A stretch of 64,000 bases of DNA from an uncultured Acidobacteriota bacterium (GTDB lineage: Bacteria; Acidobacteriota; Blastocatellia; RBC074), in contig CAWCKY010000001.1 in the NCBI GenBank assembly GCA_963796275.1, positions 640,001-704,000 of the forward strand, read 5' to 3'. This document shows, one piece after another, positions 48,966-58,791 of the stretch. A program made the position numbers and the translations under genes. The notes under the pieces were generated by a model. It was given only the letters and a program-made list of their open reading frames with translations. It did not search any database and had not been told where the DNA came from. Numbering within the stretch: the stretch's first letter is position 1; each line of letters opens with the position of its first letter.

Positions 48966-51900
48966 ATGTTTTCAGTCAAAAGCATATTGATATGCCTAGT
49001 AACCGTGTATGTGATGAGCTCGTTCGTAGTTGCGCAAGAGTTTCGCGGCTCAATTTCAGGTCGCGTGACCGAGGCTTCGGGGGCGGCGGTGCAGGGCGCG
49101 ACAGTGACGATCACAAATACCGCGACCAATACATCCACGACTGCCACGACGAATGGGAGTGGCGATTATGTAGGGCTTTTTCTGAATCCTGGGCCTTATG
49201 CGGTTGCGGTAGAGGCCCAGGGGTTCAAGAAGGCAGTTCGCCAAGGAATAGAAGTGCGAGTAGGCGACAAACTTGGAATCGATTTGACGCTTGAAGTTGG
49301 CGATGTCGCCGATACGGTGAATATTAGTTCCGACGCGCCGCTTCTCGAGACCAATACTGCTTCGGCGGGCCAGGTGATTGACAGACGCCGCATCTCCGAG
49401 CTTCCTCTTTCGGACGGGAACCCGTTCGTGCTCACGCGACTTGCCCCTGGTATCGGTTATACCGGGGATCTGCTCTTCTCGCGACCTTTTGATAATGGGG
49501 GAACTTCATCGATTGTTGCTGATGGTTCCAGGGGCGGTAACGAGTTCACGCTTGACGGTTCGCCTAATCAGGCGAGCGGCCGCCGCGTCGCGTTCGTGCC
49601 CCCGGCCGATGCAGTACAGGAATTCAAAGTCGAAACAGCGAGCTTCGATGCCCAGCAATCGCATACTGCAGGTGCCACGGTCAACGTTACGCTGCGCAGC
49701 GGTTCCAATGAATTTCATGGAACAGCTTACGAATTCGTACGCAATGATATCTTGTCAGCCAATAACTTTTTTTCGAACCTCAATGGCGATGCGCGCAATG
49801 TTACACGTTATAACCGTTTCGGCGGAACAATTGGCGGACCTGTGTTGTTGCCCAAGAAAATCTTGGGACCGCTCGGATACGATGGGCGGAATCGAAGTTT
49901 CTTCTTCTTCGCCTATGAAGGGTTGAAAGACGTCTTCCAGGAGCCGGATTTTTTCAATGTACCGACTCTGGCAATGCGCCAGGGCAATTTCTCCGCACTA
50001 GGCCTCGTGATCTATGATCCTGCGACGGCGCGGGTCAATGGCAGCCGCATAGAACGATCGCCTTTCCCCGGTAATAAGATTTCGGAAGAGCGCATCAGCC
50101 AGATTGCCAAAAACTATCTGCAGTATTATCCGCTGCCAAACGTAGATGTGAGCGATCCGTTTGGGCAGGACAATTACTTCAGCACCAATCCGCGCAGGGA
50201 CAATTTCCATTCCGAGAGTGTGCGGTTCGATCAGACGATCAGTGATGTTCAAAAGTTTTTCGTCCGCTACTCGCATAACTATCGCCGCGAGGAACGCGGC
50301 AACTGGACGGGTGAGATCAACGGCGTACGTCCCATCGGCAACTACCTCTTCCGCATCAATAATAGCGCTACTTTCGATCACGTATACAGCCTCTCGCCGA
50401 CGACGATCTTGAATACAAGAACTGGCTTCTCCCGTTTTATCGAAAAGAACGAGCGCCAGCATCAAGGAGAATTCGACCCGGCATCGCTCGGCTTCTCGGA
50501 TCAAACGGTAGCATTCTTCAATGATGCCTCTTATTTCCCGCGCTTCGAGATCGGCGGAATAACCAATCTGGGTGATACCTTCGGCGATTCGACGAGCTTC
50601 GACATTTACTCAGTGCAGCCGACTATGACGAAGATCGCCGGGTCGCATTCGCTCAAACTGGGATATGATTTCCGCTCATACCGCGAAAATAATATTCCCG
50701 CGGCCCACGCTGCCGGGCGATACATCTTCGACAATACTTTCACGCGTCAGCGCGACAATTCGACTGGCAACGTCGCCGGAGGCCAGCAGTTCGCTTCCTT
50801 TCTGTTGGGTCTGCCAACAGGCGGCGCCATCGACCGCAACACTGCTCGCTCGAATCAAACGCTCTACCAGGGAGTCTTCGTGCACGACGATTGGAAGGTG
50901 ACGCGAAAGATAACGCTCAACCTGGGAGTGCGTTACGAGTTGGAGGGCGCGACAACCGAGAGGTTCAACCGAAATATGCTTCGCTTCGACCCGACTGTTA
51001 CCAGCCCAATCGAGGCGGCAGCCAAAGCTGCTTATGCCGCGAAACCGATTCCCGAGCTGTCGGCCAGCAGTTTCAATGTTAAAGGGGGCATTCTCTTCGC
51101 CAATGACGAGAATCACGGTTTCTGGGACGCAGACATGAACAATGTGCAGCCCCGCATCGGCATCGCACTTCAGCTCAATGACAAGACCGTGTTGCGCGCT
51201 GGTTGGGGCGTCTTCACCGTACCGGCCATCATTTTCGGCATCAATCAGACCGGATTCTCACAGGGGACAAGTATCTTGCCTTCCACGGACCGCGGCATAA
51301 CCTTCCAGGCCAACATCTTTAATCCGTTTCCGTTCGGTGTCGACTCGCCGCCGGGCGCAAGTCAGGGTCTGCAGACCTTCCTGGGGCGTACTGTTGATGA
51401 TTTTGTGCCACGTGATCTCAACAACTCGCAGGCGCAAAGATGGGAGTTCGGCCTCCAACGCGAGTTGAGGGGAAACTGGTTGATCGAAGTCTCCTACGTC
51501 GGCAATAAGGGATATGATCTGACAACGGGATTTTCCAACATCGTCAACCCAATACCGCGCCAGTATCTCTCTACCAGCCGCGTGCGCGATGATGCCACGA
51601 TTGTTTTTCTGAATGAGGATGTGGATAACCCATTCAGTGGGCTGGCGCCTGGCACTAACCTCGACAATCCGACGGCGGATCGCAGCCAACTATTACGCCC
51701 TTTCCCCCAATTTACCGGGCTCGAATCGATCCGCAATGACGGGGAAAGTATTTATCATTCAGGCCAGGTCCGCGCTGAGAAGCGTTTTTCGAAAGGCTAT
51801 TCGCTGCTGGCAGCCTACACCTGGTCGAAATATATCGAAGCGGCATCGCTCCTGAATGCAACCGACTTCGACCTCGAACGGCGCATCTCACCAGACGACA

Positions 51901-52520
51901 TTCCGCATCGTGTCGTGATGAGCGGTATCTTTGAGCTGCCCTTTGGTAAGGGGCGCAGATGGGGAAACGGCTGGAATAACATTGTTAATGGTTTTCTCGG
52001 CGGATGGCAATTGAACGGGATATTCCAATGGCAGAGTGGACGGCCGATTGACATGGGTGAGCGCAACGTCGTCTACTTCGGCGATCCCAGCAAACTGCGG
52101 GCTCAGATCAACAGCGAAAACGCTGATCCGTCACGCAGGGTCTTCGACACGAGCGGCTTCTATTTCAACGATGCGTTGGTCCAACTCACCGATGCATCAG
52201 GCAACCCATCTGGCGTGATCGACCCGAAGAAGCAGCGCGACGATTTGCGTATTCGCCTGGAGCATAACATTCGCTATTTTCCATCGCGACTGCCCAGCTT
52301 TCGCGGGCAGAATCTCCATCTCTGGGATGTTTCTGTGATGAAGAAAGTGCAAATTTCCGAAGGGCTGAATCTCGAACTGCGCGGAGAATTCTTGAACGCC
52401 TTCAATCATGTGCAGTTCAGCAATCCGGAGACAAATCCGACTAACGCAAGCTTCGGCAGAGTGACGGAACAAGCCAATCTGCCCCGGAATGTGCAGATCG
52501 GGTTGAAACTAATCTTTTAA
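48966..52520 (+). CDS. TonB-dependent receptor (Oar-type, carboxypeptidase-regulatory N-domain)
   Basis: GSISGRVTE.SGA, DAVQEFKV, SGSNEFHG, LNLGVRYE; ends PRNVQIGLKLIF; AGGAG RBS. Confidence 0.93.
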   Translation: MFSVKSILICLVTVYVMSSFVVAQEFRGSISGRVTEASGAAVQGATVTITNTATNTSTTATTNGSGDYVGLFLNPGPYAVAVEAQGFKKAVRQGIEVRVGDKLGIDLTLEVGDVADTVNISSDAPLLETNTASAGQVIDRRRISELPLSDGNPFVLTRLAPGIGYTGDLLFSRPFDNGGTSSIVADGSRGGNEFTLDGSPNQASGRRVAFVPPADAVQEFKVETASFDAQQSHTAGATVNVTLRSGSNEFHGTAYEFVRNDILSANNFFSNLNGDARNVTRYNRFGGTIGGPVLLPKKILGPLGYDGRNRSFFFFAYEGLKDVFQEPDFFNVPTLAMRQGNFSALGLVIYDPATARVNGSRIERSPFPGNKISEERISQIAKNYLQYYPLPNVDVSDPFGQDNYFSTNPRRDNFHSESVRFDQTISDVQKFFVRYSHNYRREERGNWTGEINGVRPIGNYLFRINNSATFDHVYSLSPTTILNTRTGFSRFIEKNERQHQGEFDPASLGFSDQTVAFFNDASYFPRFEIGGITNLGDTFGDSTSFDIYSVQPTMTKIAGSHSLKLGYDFRSYRENNIPAAHAAGRYIFDNTFTRQRDNSTGNVAGGQQFASFLLGLPTGGAIDRNTARSNQTLYQGVFVHDDWKVTRKITLNLGVRYELEGATTERFNRNMLRFDPTVTSPIEAAAKAAYAAKPIPELSASSFNVKGGILFANDENHGFWDADMNNVQPRIGIALQLNDKTVLRAGWGVFTVPAIIFGINQTGFSQGTSILPSTDRGITFQANIFNPFPFGVDSPPGASQGLQTFLGRTVDDFVPRDLNNSQAQRWEFGLQRELRGNWLIEVSYVGNKGYDLTTGFSNIVNPIPRQYLSTSRVRDDATIVFLNEDVDNPFSGLAPGTNLDNPTADRSQLLRPFPQFTGLESIRNDGESIYHSGQVRAEKRFSKGYSLLAAYTWSKYIEAASLLNATDFDLERRISPDDIPHRVVMSGIFELPFGKGRRWGNGWNNIVNGFLGGWQLNGIFQWQSGRPIDMGERNVVYFGDPSKLRAQINSENADPSRRVFDTSGFYFNDALVQLTDASGNPSGVIDPKKQRDDLRIRLEHNIRYFPSRLPSFRGQNLHLWDVSVMKKVQISEGLNLELRGEFLNAFNHVQFSNPETNPTNASFGRVTEQANLPRNVQIGLKLIF

Positions 52521-52530
52521 AGAGTATGAA

Positions 52531-52576
52531 AATGCGAAACAAACGAAAGCTCGAGCTTTTTCGTTTGTTTCGCATT
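52531..52576. terminator. 18-bp perfect hairpin after the TBDR
   Basis: AATGCGAAACAAACGAAA / TTTCGTTTGTTTCGCATT. Confidence 0.55.
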
Positions 52577-52783
52577 CTCTCTTTATTCCTGAAACCGAAT
52601 CTGAGAACATTTGCGTCATAGAAGTTAGTACGAAGTAGGGAAATTCTAATTACAAATTGCAGGAAACACGCTCGCAATCAAAATGACAAACGGCGCGCCT
52701 TTCTTGTAGGTTGTCCAACCTGCGGAGGGCTTCATTACCACGCCGCACAGTATTAGTTATTGAGTGATCATTAACCGATTGAA

Positions 52784-52869
52784 AGTTTTCAGTTTTCAGT
52801 TTTTGGTGTTCAGTTGGATGGGTTCGATCGGCAGCTAAAACTGAAAACTTAAAACTTAAAACTGAAAAC
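52784..52869. repeat. Inverted heptamer arrays (AGTTTTC)n ... (AAAACT[G/T])n
   Basis: agttttcagttttcagtttt ... aaaactgaaaacttaaaacttaaaactgaaaac, just before the RBS of the next gene. Confidence 0.9.
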
Positions 52870-52888
52870 AATTTTCCGAGGAGACTAT

Positions 52889-54229
52889 ATGAGCAGGACC
52901 ACTCGCAGAGATTTCATAAAGACAACTTCGGCTGCTGGTGCTGGGGTAGCGTTCAGCAATCTTAACATCCTTCGCCCGGAACGTGTGCTCGGAGCGAACG
53001 ACCGCGTCCGCGTGGCGATCGTAGGCGCCAGCGATCGCGTAATGAGTTCGCTTGTCCCGTCATTTCAGTCGCTTGCTGAGTCGCTCAATTTCGAACTGGT
53101 CACCGTCTGCGACATCTGGAAGCTGCGCCGCGAAGAGAAGCCGGCCGAGATCGCCAGTAAGTACAAGGTCAAGGAGCCCGCCAAGGTCCGCAACACCGAA
53201 GAGCTCTACTCGATGAAGGACATCGATGCCGTTATCGTCGGCACCGCAGACTTCCAGCACGCCTACCACGCAATCGAAGCGGTCAAAGCAGGCAAGGATG
53301 TTTATGCCGAAAAGCCGTTCGCCAATATCATGTCGGATGCGCGCGAGGCGCTGAAGGTCATCGGCGGATCGAAACAGGTGTTCCAGGTCGGCACGCAGCG
53401 ACGCTCGACGCCCAGCTATATGCGTGCGAAAGAGTATCTGGAAACAGGCAAATTCGGTGACATCGTCATGGCCGAGATGACCTGGAACGTCAACCAGCCC
53501 GGCCGGTGGCGCCGCCCGAACGTGGTGCCGTTGCTCAAAGAACAAGACACCGATTGGAAGCGTTATCTGATCAACCGAGATCCGAAGATTCCCTTCGATG
53601 CGCGCAAATACCTGGAGTTCCGTCTCTTCTGGCCATTCTCATCGGGCATCCCGTGCCAGTGGATGGTGCACCAGATCGACACCGTGCATTGGTTCACGGG
53701 CATTCCGCATCCGCGCAGCGTAGTCGCCAACGGCGGCATCTATTTGTGGAAAGATAAACGTGAGAATTTCGACACCATGACCGCGGTATTCGATTATCAC
53801 GATGCGAAGAAGGATAAGTCATTCCAGGTACTCTACACCTCGCGCATGACGAACTCCGCCGGCGAGATCAAGGAAATCTACTATTCTAACGGCGGCACAC
53901 TCAATCTCGATACGAATAAAGTGACGTCCGAAGGCGGTTTGAAAGAGAGGCAGGCGAAAGAGATGAAGTTGAAACCCAACCTCCTTGAGTCACTCACTCT
54001 TTCGGACGAAGGCGGCATTGAGACGGCAGCCAACACGGGCGCGGACAAGCAGACTACTGCTCACATGCGCAATTGGATGGAATGCGTGCGCAATCGCAAC
54101 CAGAAGACGAATGCCGATATCCACGCGGCGTACAACCACTCGGTCGCTCTATGTATGACGATTGCTGCGCTGCAGACAGGCAAGAAAGTCACCTTCGATG
54201 ACAAGAAGCAGGAAGTCGTGACCAGCTAA
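52889..54229 (+). CDS. Tat-exported Gfo/Idh/MocA oxidoreductase
   Basis: TRRDFIK Tat motif; EKP, QVGTQRRS, HQID. Confidence 0.9.
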   Translation: MSRTTRRDFIKTTSAAGAGVAFSNLNILRPERVLGANDRVRVAIVGASDRVMSSLVPSFQSLAESLNFELVTVCDIWKLRREEKPAEIASKYKVKEPAKVRNTEELYSMKDIDAVIVGTADFQHAYHAIEAVKAGKDVYAEKPFANIMSDAREALKVIGGSKQVFQVGTQRRSTPSYMRAKEYLETGKFGDIVMAEMTWNVNQPGRWRRPNVVPLLKEQDTDWKRYLINRDPKIPFDARKYLEFRLFWPFSSGIPCQWMVHQIDTVHWFTGIPHPRSVVANGGIYLWKDKRENFDTMTAVFDYHDAKKDKSFQVLYTSRMTNSAGEIKEIYYSNGGTLNLDTNKVTSEGGLKERQAKEMKLKPNLLESLTLSDEGGIETAANTGADKQTTAHMRNWMECVRNRNQKTNADIHAAYNHSVALCMTIAALQTGKKVTFDDKKQEVVTS

Positions 54230-54240
54230 AATAACAATGA

Positions 54241-54317
54241 GGTTCACCACAAAGGTCGAAAAAATAGATCGCGAGATCCGGAAAGACTCACATTTTGTAT
54301 GAAATTTGTGGTGAACC
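54241..54317. repeat. Inverted repeat GGTTCACCACAAA / TTTGTGGTGAACC
   Basis: Perfect 13-bp arms in the intergenic spacer. Confidence 0.65.
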
Positions 54318-54348
54318 TTCGCAATCTGCCATCATTCGGGAGAAAATC

Positions 54349-55377
54349 ATGAGATGCCTACTTGCATTCGGCCTGGCCGTCTGTTTTCTCGCTACCATCA
54401 CAGCCGGCGCCCAGACGGTCAAGATTGTCGAAGCGAAAGAGAAGAAGCAGTTCGATGTTTACATCGACGATAACTTGTTCACTTCTTACTGCTATTGGGA
54501 TTCCCAGAAGAAACCGATCCTCTATCCGCTGCGCACATCGAAGGGAACGGTAGTCACGCGCAGTTATCCGGTCGCCCAGGTCGCCGGGGAACGGACCGAC
54601 CACCCGCACCACGTTTCGGTGTGGTTCAATTACGGCAATATCAACGGTGTCGATTTCTGGAACAACAGCGGTGGGGCGAGGGGTGAGAAGATGGGGACGA
54701 TCAAGCATCAAGCCGTGAACAAGGTTAAGAACGGCACGGGCAGCTCTTCACTCGACGTGACGATGGATTGGATAATGCCCGACGGATCGAAAGTCATGCA
54801 GCAGGACGAAACGATCATCTTTCGGGCCGCCAAAGACCTGCGTATCATCGACCGCATCATCACGCTCACGGCACAGGAGAAGAAGGTTGTTTTCGGCGAT
54901 AGTAAAGAGGGAGCTCTCGGCATACGCGTCGCCCGGCAACTAGAAGAGCCGTCAAAGGACCCACTGGTATTCACCGATGAAAAGGGAATCCCGACAAAAG
55001 TGCCCGTCCTCGATAATAACGGCGTCGCCGGCGTTTACCTGAGCAGTGAGGGTAAAATCGGCGAAAAGGAGGCCTGGGGAACTCGTGCAAAATGGATGAC
55101 CCTCTCAGGTAATGTCAAAGGTGAGGACGTCGTGATCGCCATCTTCGATCATCCGAAGAATCCGACATATCCGACTTACTGGCATGCACGCGGCTACGGC
55201 TTGTTTGCCGCTAACCCATTCGGCGCAAAAGAGTTCACCAAAGGCGCGACTGTTTTAAATTACACACTGGAGCCCGGCCAGAAATCTACATTCCGATTCC
55301 GAATTCTGGTTCATTCGGGCAAGTTGACCAAGGAGCAGACAGATGCGCTCTATCAGAAGTACCTGAGCGGCTCGTGA
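54349..55377 (+). CDS. Secreted DUF6807 (PmoA-like annotation) protein
   Basis: KPILYP, DHPHH..W, DHPKNP.YPTYWHARGYGLFAANP. Confidence 0.8.
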   Translation: MRCLLAFGLAVCFLATITAGAQTVKIVEAKEKKQFDVYIDDNLFTSYCYWDSQKKPILYPLRTSKGTVVTRSYPVAQVAGERTDHPHHVSVWFNYGNINGVDFWNNSGGARGEKMGTIKHQAVNKVKNGTGSSSLDVTMDWIMPDGSKVMQQDETIIFRAAKDLRIIDRIITLTAQEKKVVFGDSKEGALGIRVARQLEEPSKDPLVFTDEKGIPTKVPVLDNNGVAGVYLSSEGKIGEKEAWGTRAKWMTLSGNVKGEDVVIAIFDHPKNPTYPTYWHARGYGLFAANPFGAKEFTKGATVLNYTLEPGQKSTFRFRILVHSGKLTKEQTDALYQKYLSGS

Positions 55378-55696
55378 GATCGGTATACAGATTTGGAGAA
55401 AGATTTGCGACCGCAACTCTTTATATCCTCACGGATTTTTAATTCGCTCCAGTCACAAAATATCAAATTTTCTTACTCTAAATTTTGCGTCATGCTTTCA
55501 GGCAGTTTTTCCACTTATTAGTGGAAGAACATAGGCCGGACGAACTTGTAAAACTTCCGGTCGATGGCCTCTGGCGTTCCTTTCAAAGGTGATTCAAGCG
55601 CTCTATGAAGGAACTCTGCCCATCTCAGGTGTAGAGCAATTCTTTCTGACAACCGAGGTGCCTTCCAACTTTAACCTAGTTGCTGGAGTGTCCTCA

Positions 55697-56131
55697 ATGG
55701 AATATTGTTTCAACGAAGCGAGCGTGATGCTGCCTGCGGAGCTCATCGATAAAAGTCTGCAGACCTTCATATTGGCGGACGGCAAGCAATCATTCAATCT
55801 GGTCATCTCTCGTATAGATCTGGAATCCCGAGAAACGCTTGGACAACTGTGCGAACGACTGCTTGGCGAGTGGGAGAGTAAGCTGCCCCAATTCATTTTG
55901 GGCGGCCGGATGTCTACGATGGTCGATGGAGAGGCGGCTGAATACTTCGATTGCCGCTGGAAAGTCAATGGAATGTTGGTCAATCAATGGCAGGTTGTCG
56001 CTCTGGCGCCAAATCCGAGGCACGGGCCGCCTAACGGGCTTATTATCACCGGCACATGTCAGAAAAACTTCGTTCAGCCGTACACGGAGATCTATAAGCA
56101 ATTTATCGAGAGTCTGCGCTGGCGTAAGTAA
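55697..56131 (+). CDS. DUF1795/DcrB-like protein (EagR-type Rhs adaptor family)
   Basis: MEYCFNEA..LP...DKS..F, NLVISR, QWQV, IITGT; GGAG RBS before ATG 55697. Confidence 0.7.
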   Translation: MEYCFNEASVMLPAELIDKSLQTFILADGKQSFNLVISRIDLESRETLGQLCERLLGEWESKLPQFILGGRMSTMVDGEAAEYFDCRWKVNGMLVNQWQVVALAPNPRHGPPNGLIITGTCQKNFVQPYTEIYKQFIESLRWRK

Positions 56132-56238
56132 GGAGAGCACAGAGGGCCAAGCAGCTAAAAGTTGTGAGTCAACGATCGGATAACTCATATCATTGTGGTG
56201 GAGGGGGGGGACCGGTGAGGGGCTCGCCAACTTCCATC

Positions 56239-57666
56239 TTATCTACCCAATCTCAAGCTGCGCAAAACTTGCTGAAACGCCGCGTCGTAGCTTTGCGCCT
56301 CATCTTCCGGCGCGATAGTGATCAAATAGAACATTCGGCCATCAGGGGTCGCCGTCGTGTAAGTCACATCGAGCTCCATGACGCCGTTTATCGCCGATGG
56401 CCCGGAGACGGCGGAGACATAACCTCTCTTCCCGCTAACGTCGGTCTGCTGCGGCGCGCGCGCGAGCCCGAAATCCGCGTTTGTCTCGATCTGTCTCTGA
56501 ATGAATGCTTCGGTAGCCGATCGCAGATCACCCTGTTGAACTCCGACAACCCCTACAAACATGCCGTGGGTGACCATAGTTGAGTCTTTCAATTTACCGT
56601 ATGCGCCTTTGGGCGCGAAAATATAGTTCGAGTCGCCATCGGCGAATACTTCCCAATTCGATGGGACCCGGATCGCAAAGGCCCCATCCTTCGCCTGAAA
56701 ATTTTTATAGGATGCAGATGGTTTCTGCGGACGCACGCGCAGCTCGAGGTCAGACGGATCTTCTCCAATCCGGCGAAGCTGGCTGGAAGCGCTTAAGTCC
56801 GACGCCTTGCCCGTCAAACGCGCCTTGATCTGCTCGAACTCAGGGGTCGTATGAATCGGGTTTTTACCGACGGGCAAACTGTTGATCTCTTCCAGGATAT
56901 ATTGTGTGCGGTTGCCGGGATCGGGATGATCGCTCAGCATCTCAGGGAGGCGCTGCCCGCCTTCGGATTCGAGCGTTTGGAAAAAATTGGCCATATCTCG
57001 CGGATCATAGCCCGCTTCGGCCATAATCCGTGCGCCTTCTATATCAGCCTCTTTCTCCGCGCCGCGCCCGAATTTTAGAAAAAGCATGTTTGCGCCGAGA
57101 CCGCCAATTGTGCCTACCGCTTCGCCCAGATTCGGATTTTCGCCGCTTGCCGCTATCGATCCCAGGATTCCTAGACCAGCCTGAGCTACCTGTTGTTTAG
57201 ACACCTGATTTGTTCCATGGCGCAGTGCCGCGTGCGCGATCTCGTGTGACATGACGCCGGCCAGCTCGCCTTCATTGCGAGCCGCTGCAATCGCGCCCGC
57301 ATTGACGAAGAGAAATCCGCCTGGGAGAGCGAAGGCATTGATCTCGCGTGTGGCAACTACCTGAAACTGATAGGGGAATTTTTCTCCAGTCGCCTTTGAA
57401 GCGAGCTTTTTACCGAGCCGCGTGAGATAGTCGTTGATCTGTGGATCATTGAGCATCGGCGTCTCCCCCATAATCTGCCGGGCAGACTGTCGTCCCATCT
57501 CGACATCCTGCTCCGGGCTGAACAGGTTGAAGCCGGGTTTGAATTTCGGAGTAGATCGCGATCCCGCCGGCGCTTCCGTGCCGCCGCTCCGCAAACCGCT
57601 GCAACTCAACTGCGCGAAGAACAGATAGAGAATCAACAAGGACAAGGCGATTCGGCGTTTTTGCAT
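56239..57666 (-). CDS. M48 metallopeptidase lipoprotein with extra C-terminal domain
   Basis: Lipobox LSC; NAFALPGG, HEIAH, EKEAD, SDHP; C-terminal F.IRVP.NW (PsbP-like). Confidence 0.9.
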   Translation of the reverse strand: MQKRRIALSLLILYLFFAQLSCSGLRSGGTEAPAGSRSTPKFKPGFNLFSPEQDVEMGRQSARQIMGETPMLNDPQINDYLTRLGKKLASKATGEKFPYQFQVVATREINAFALPGGFLFVNAGAIAAARNEGELAGVMSHEIAHAALRHGTNQVSKQQVAQAGLGILGSIAASGENPNLGEAVGTIGGLGANMLFLKFGRGAEKEADIEGARIMAEAGYDPRDMANFFQTLESEGGQRLPEMLSDHPDPGNRTQYILEEINSLPVGKNPIHTTPEFEQIKARLTGKASDLSASSQLRRIGEDPSDLELRVRPQKPSASYKNFQAKDGAFAIRVPSNWEVFADGDSNYIFAPKGAYGKLKDSTMVTHGMFVGVVGVQQGDLRSATEAFIQRQIETNADFGLARAPQQTDVSGKRGYVSAVSGPSAINGVMELDVTYTTATPDGRMFYLITIAPEDEAQSYDAAFQQVLRSLRLGR

Positions 57667-57816
57667 AACATTTCTATTGATATTAGGAATACAAGAGGTT
57701 CAGCTCATGGGAGTTAATGGTATTTAACAAAGATAAGAAATAAAACGGTAAAAAGCAAATGTGTGAGCATCCCGGCGGCACCAATGGTGAATGAGCAGAT
57801 TACCGGATTTTCCATA

Positions 57817-58791
57817 TCAATCGAAATTCAGGGAGATAGCTGCTCGTATCGCGTGTTCTTTTATCCTCGCCAGAACCTCCAGCGCCAGCGCCAGTGCCCG
57901 TCTGCCCTCTGTTCCGGTGACGCCCGAGGCGATTCCCGTCCGCACTGAGGCAACAAAGTCTTCAATTTCCGCGAGCAATGGTTCCCGTTTCATGACATCG
58001 AGGGCCCCGCCGACAATTTCGGGCAATATGGACGGAGAGCCGGCCGGGAGAAGACGGCACATCGCTACTTGTTGTTCAGAATAATCGAGCGAATAGTATT
58101 CATTCGGCTGAAATACGCGGAGTTTGCGTAATCGCTCCCCGGAGACCCGGCTCGCCGTGATGTTTGCCACGCATCCGTCGGCAAATTCCAGCCGCGCATT
58201 CGCCAGATCTATCTTATGGGTCAGGATCGGGATACCGACGGCCTCGATTTTTACAACCTCGCGCTCGACCAGGCTGGCAATGACGTCGAGCTCGTGAACC
58301 ATGAGGTCCATCACTACATCGATATCAAGAGAACGAGGCGTAAATATCCCCATCCGGTGAGCTTCAAAAAATCGCGGCCGCGAAATCTTTTTTTGCAGAG
58401 CGCGAAACGCAGGATTGAAACGTTCGATGTGGCCAACCTGTAGAATCAGGCCTTTGGACTCGGCAATCCGAATCATATCATCCGCTTCGTCCAGCGTCCG
58501 CGCGATCGGCTTCTCGACCAGCACATTGATTCCGGCATTGAGACAGGCACACGTTATTTCGTGATGATCTACCGTCGGCGTCGCGATGCTGACCGCATCC
58601 ACATCCCCCAGCAGTTCACGGTAGTCTCTCACATATCTGACATTGTATTTATCAGCGACGGCGCGGCCGTTCTTTTCATTGATGTCACAGACGGCGATCA
58701 ATTTCGCATTTTCTATCGATGCGTAAATCCTTGCGTGTTCGCGTCCTAAATGCCCGGAGCCGATCACGGCAGCCCTAATGTTATCAACCAT
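57817..58791 (-). CDS. Gfo/Idh/MocA oxidoreductase, GnnA-like (UDP-GlcNAc 3-dehydrogenase)
   Basis: GSGHLG, EKP, GHIERFNP, DVVMDLMVHELD, ANITASRVS. Confidence 0.78.
   Translation of the reverse strand: MVDNIRAAVIGSGHLGREHARIYASIENAKLIAVCDINEKNGRAVADKYNVRYVRDYRELLGDVDAVSIATPTVDHHEITCACLNAGINVLVEKPIARTLDEADDMIRIAESKGLILQVGHIERFNPAFRALQKKISRPRFFEAHRMGIFTPRSLDIDVVMDLMVHELDVIASLVEREVVKIEAVGIPILTHKIDLANARLEFADGCVANITASRVSGERLRKLRVFQPNEYYSLDYSEQQVAMCRLLPAGSPSILPEIVGGALDVMKREPLLAEIEDFVASVRTGIASGVTGTEGRRALALALEVLARIKEHAIRAAISLNFD

Noticed and set aside
52708-52721. AGGTTGTCCAACCT palindrome as another GntR operator
   Set aside because: Its spacing differs from TGGT-N3-ACCA and it has no clear promoter geometry; it may be a different site.
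54349-55377. Methane monooxygenase, suggested by the 'PmoA family' label
   Set aside because: It is a soluble secreted beta-protein with no pmoBC; the label for this family is misleading.
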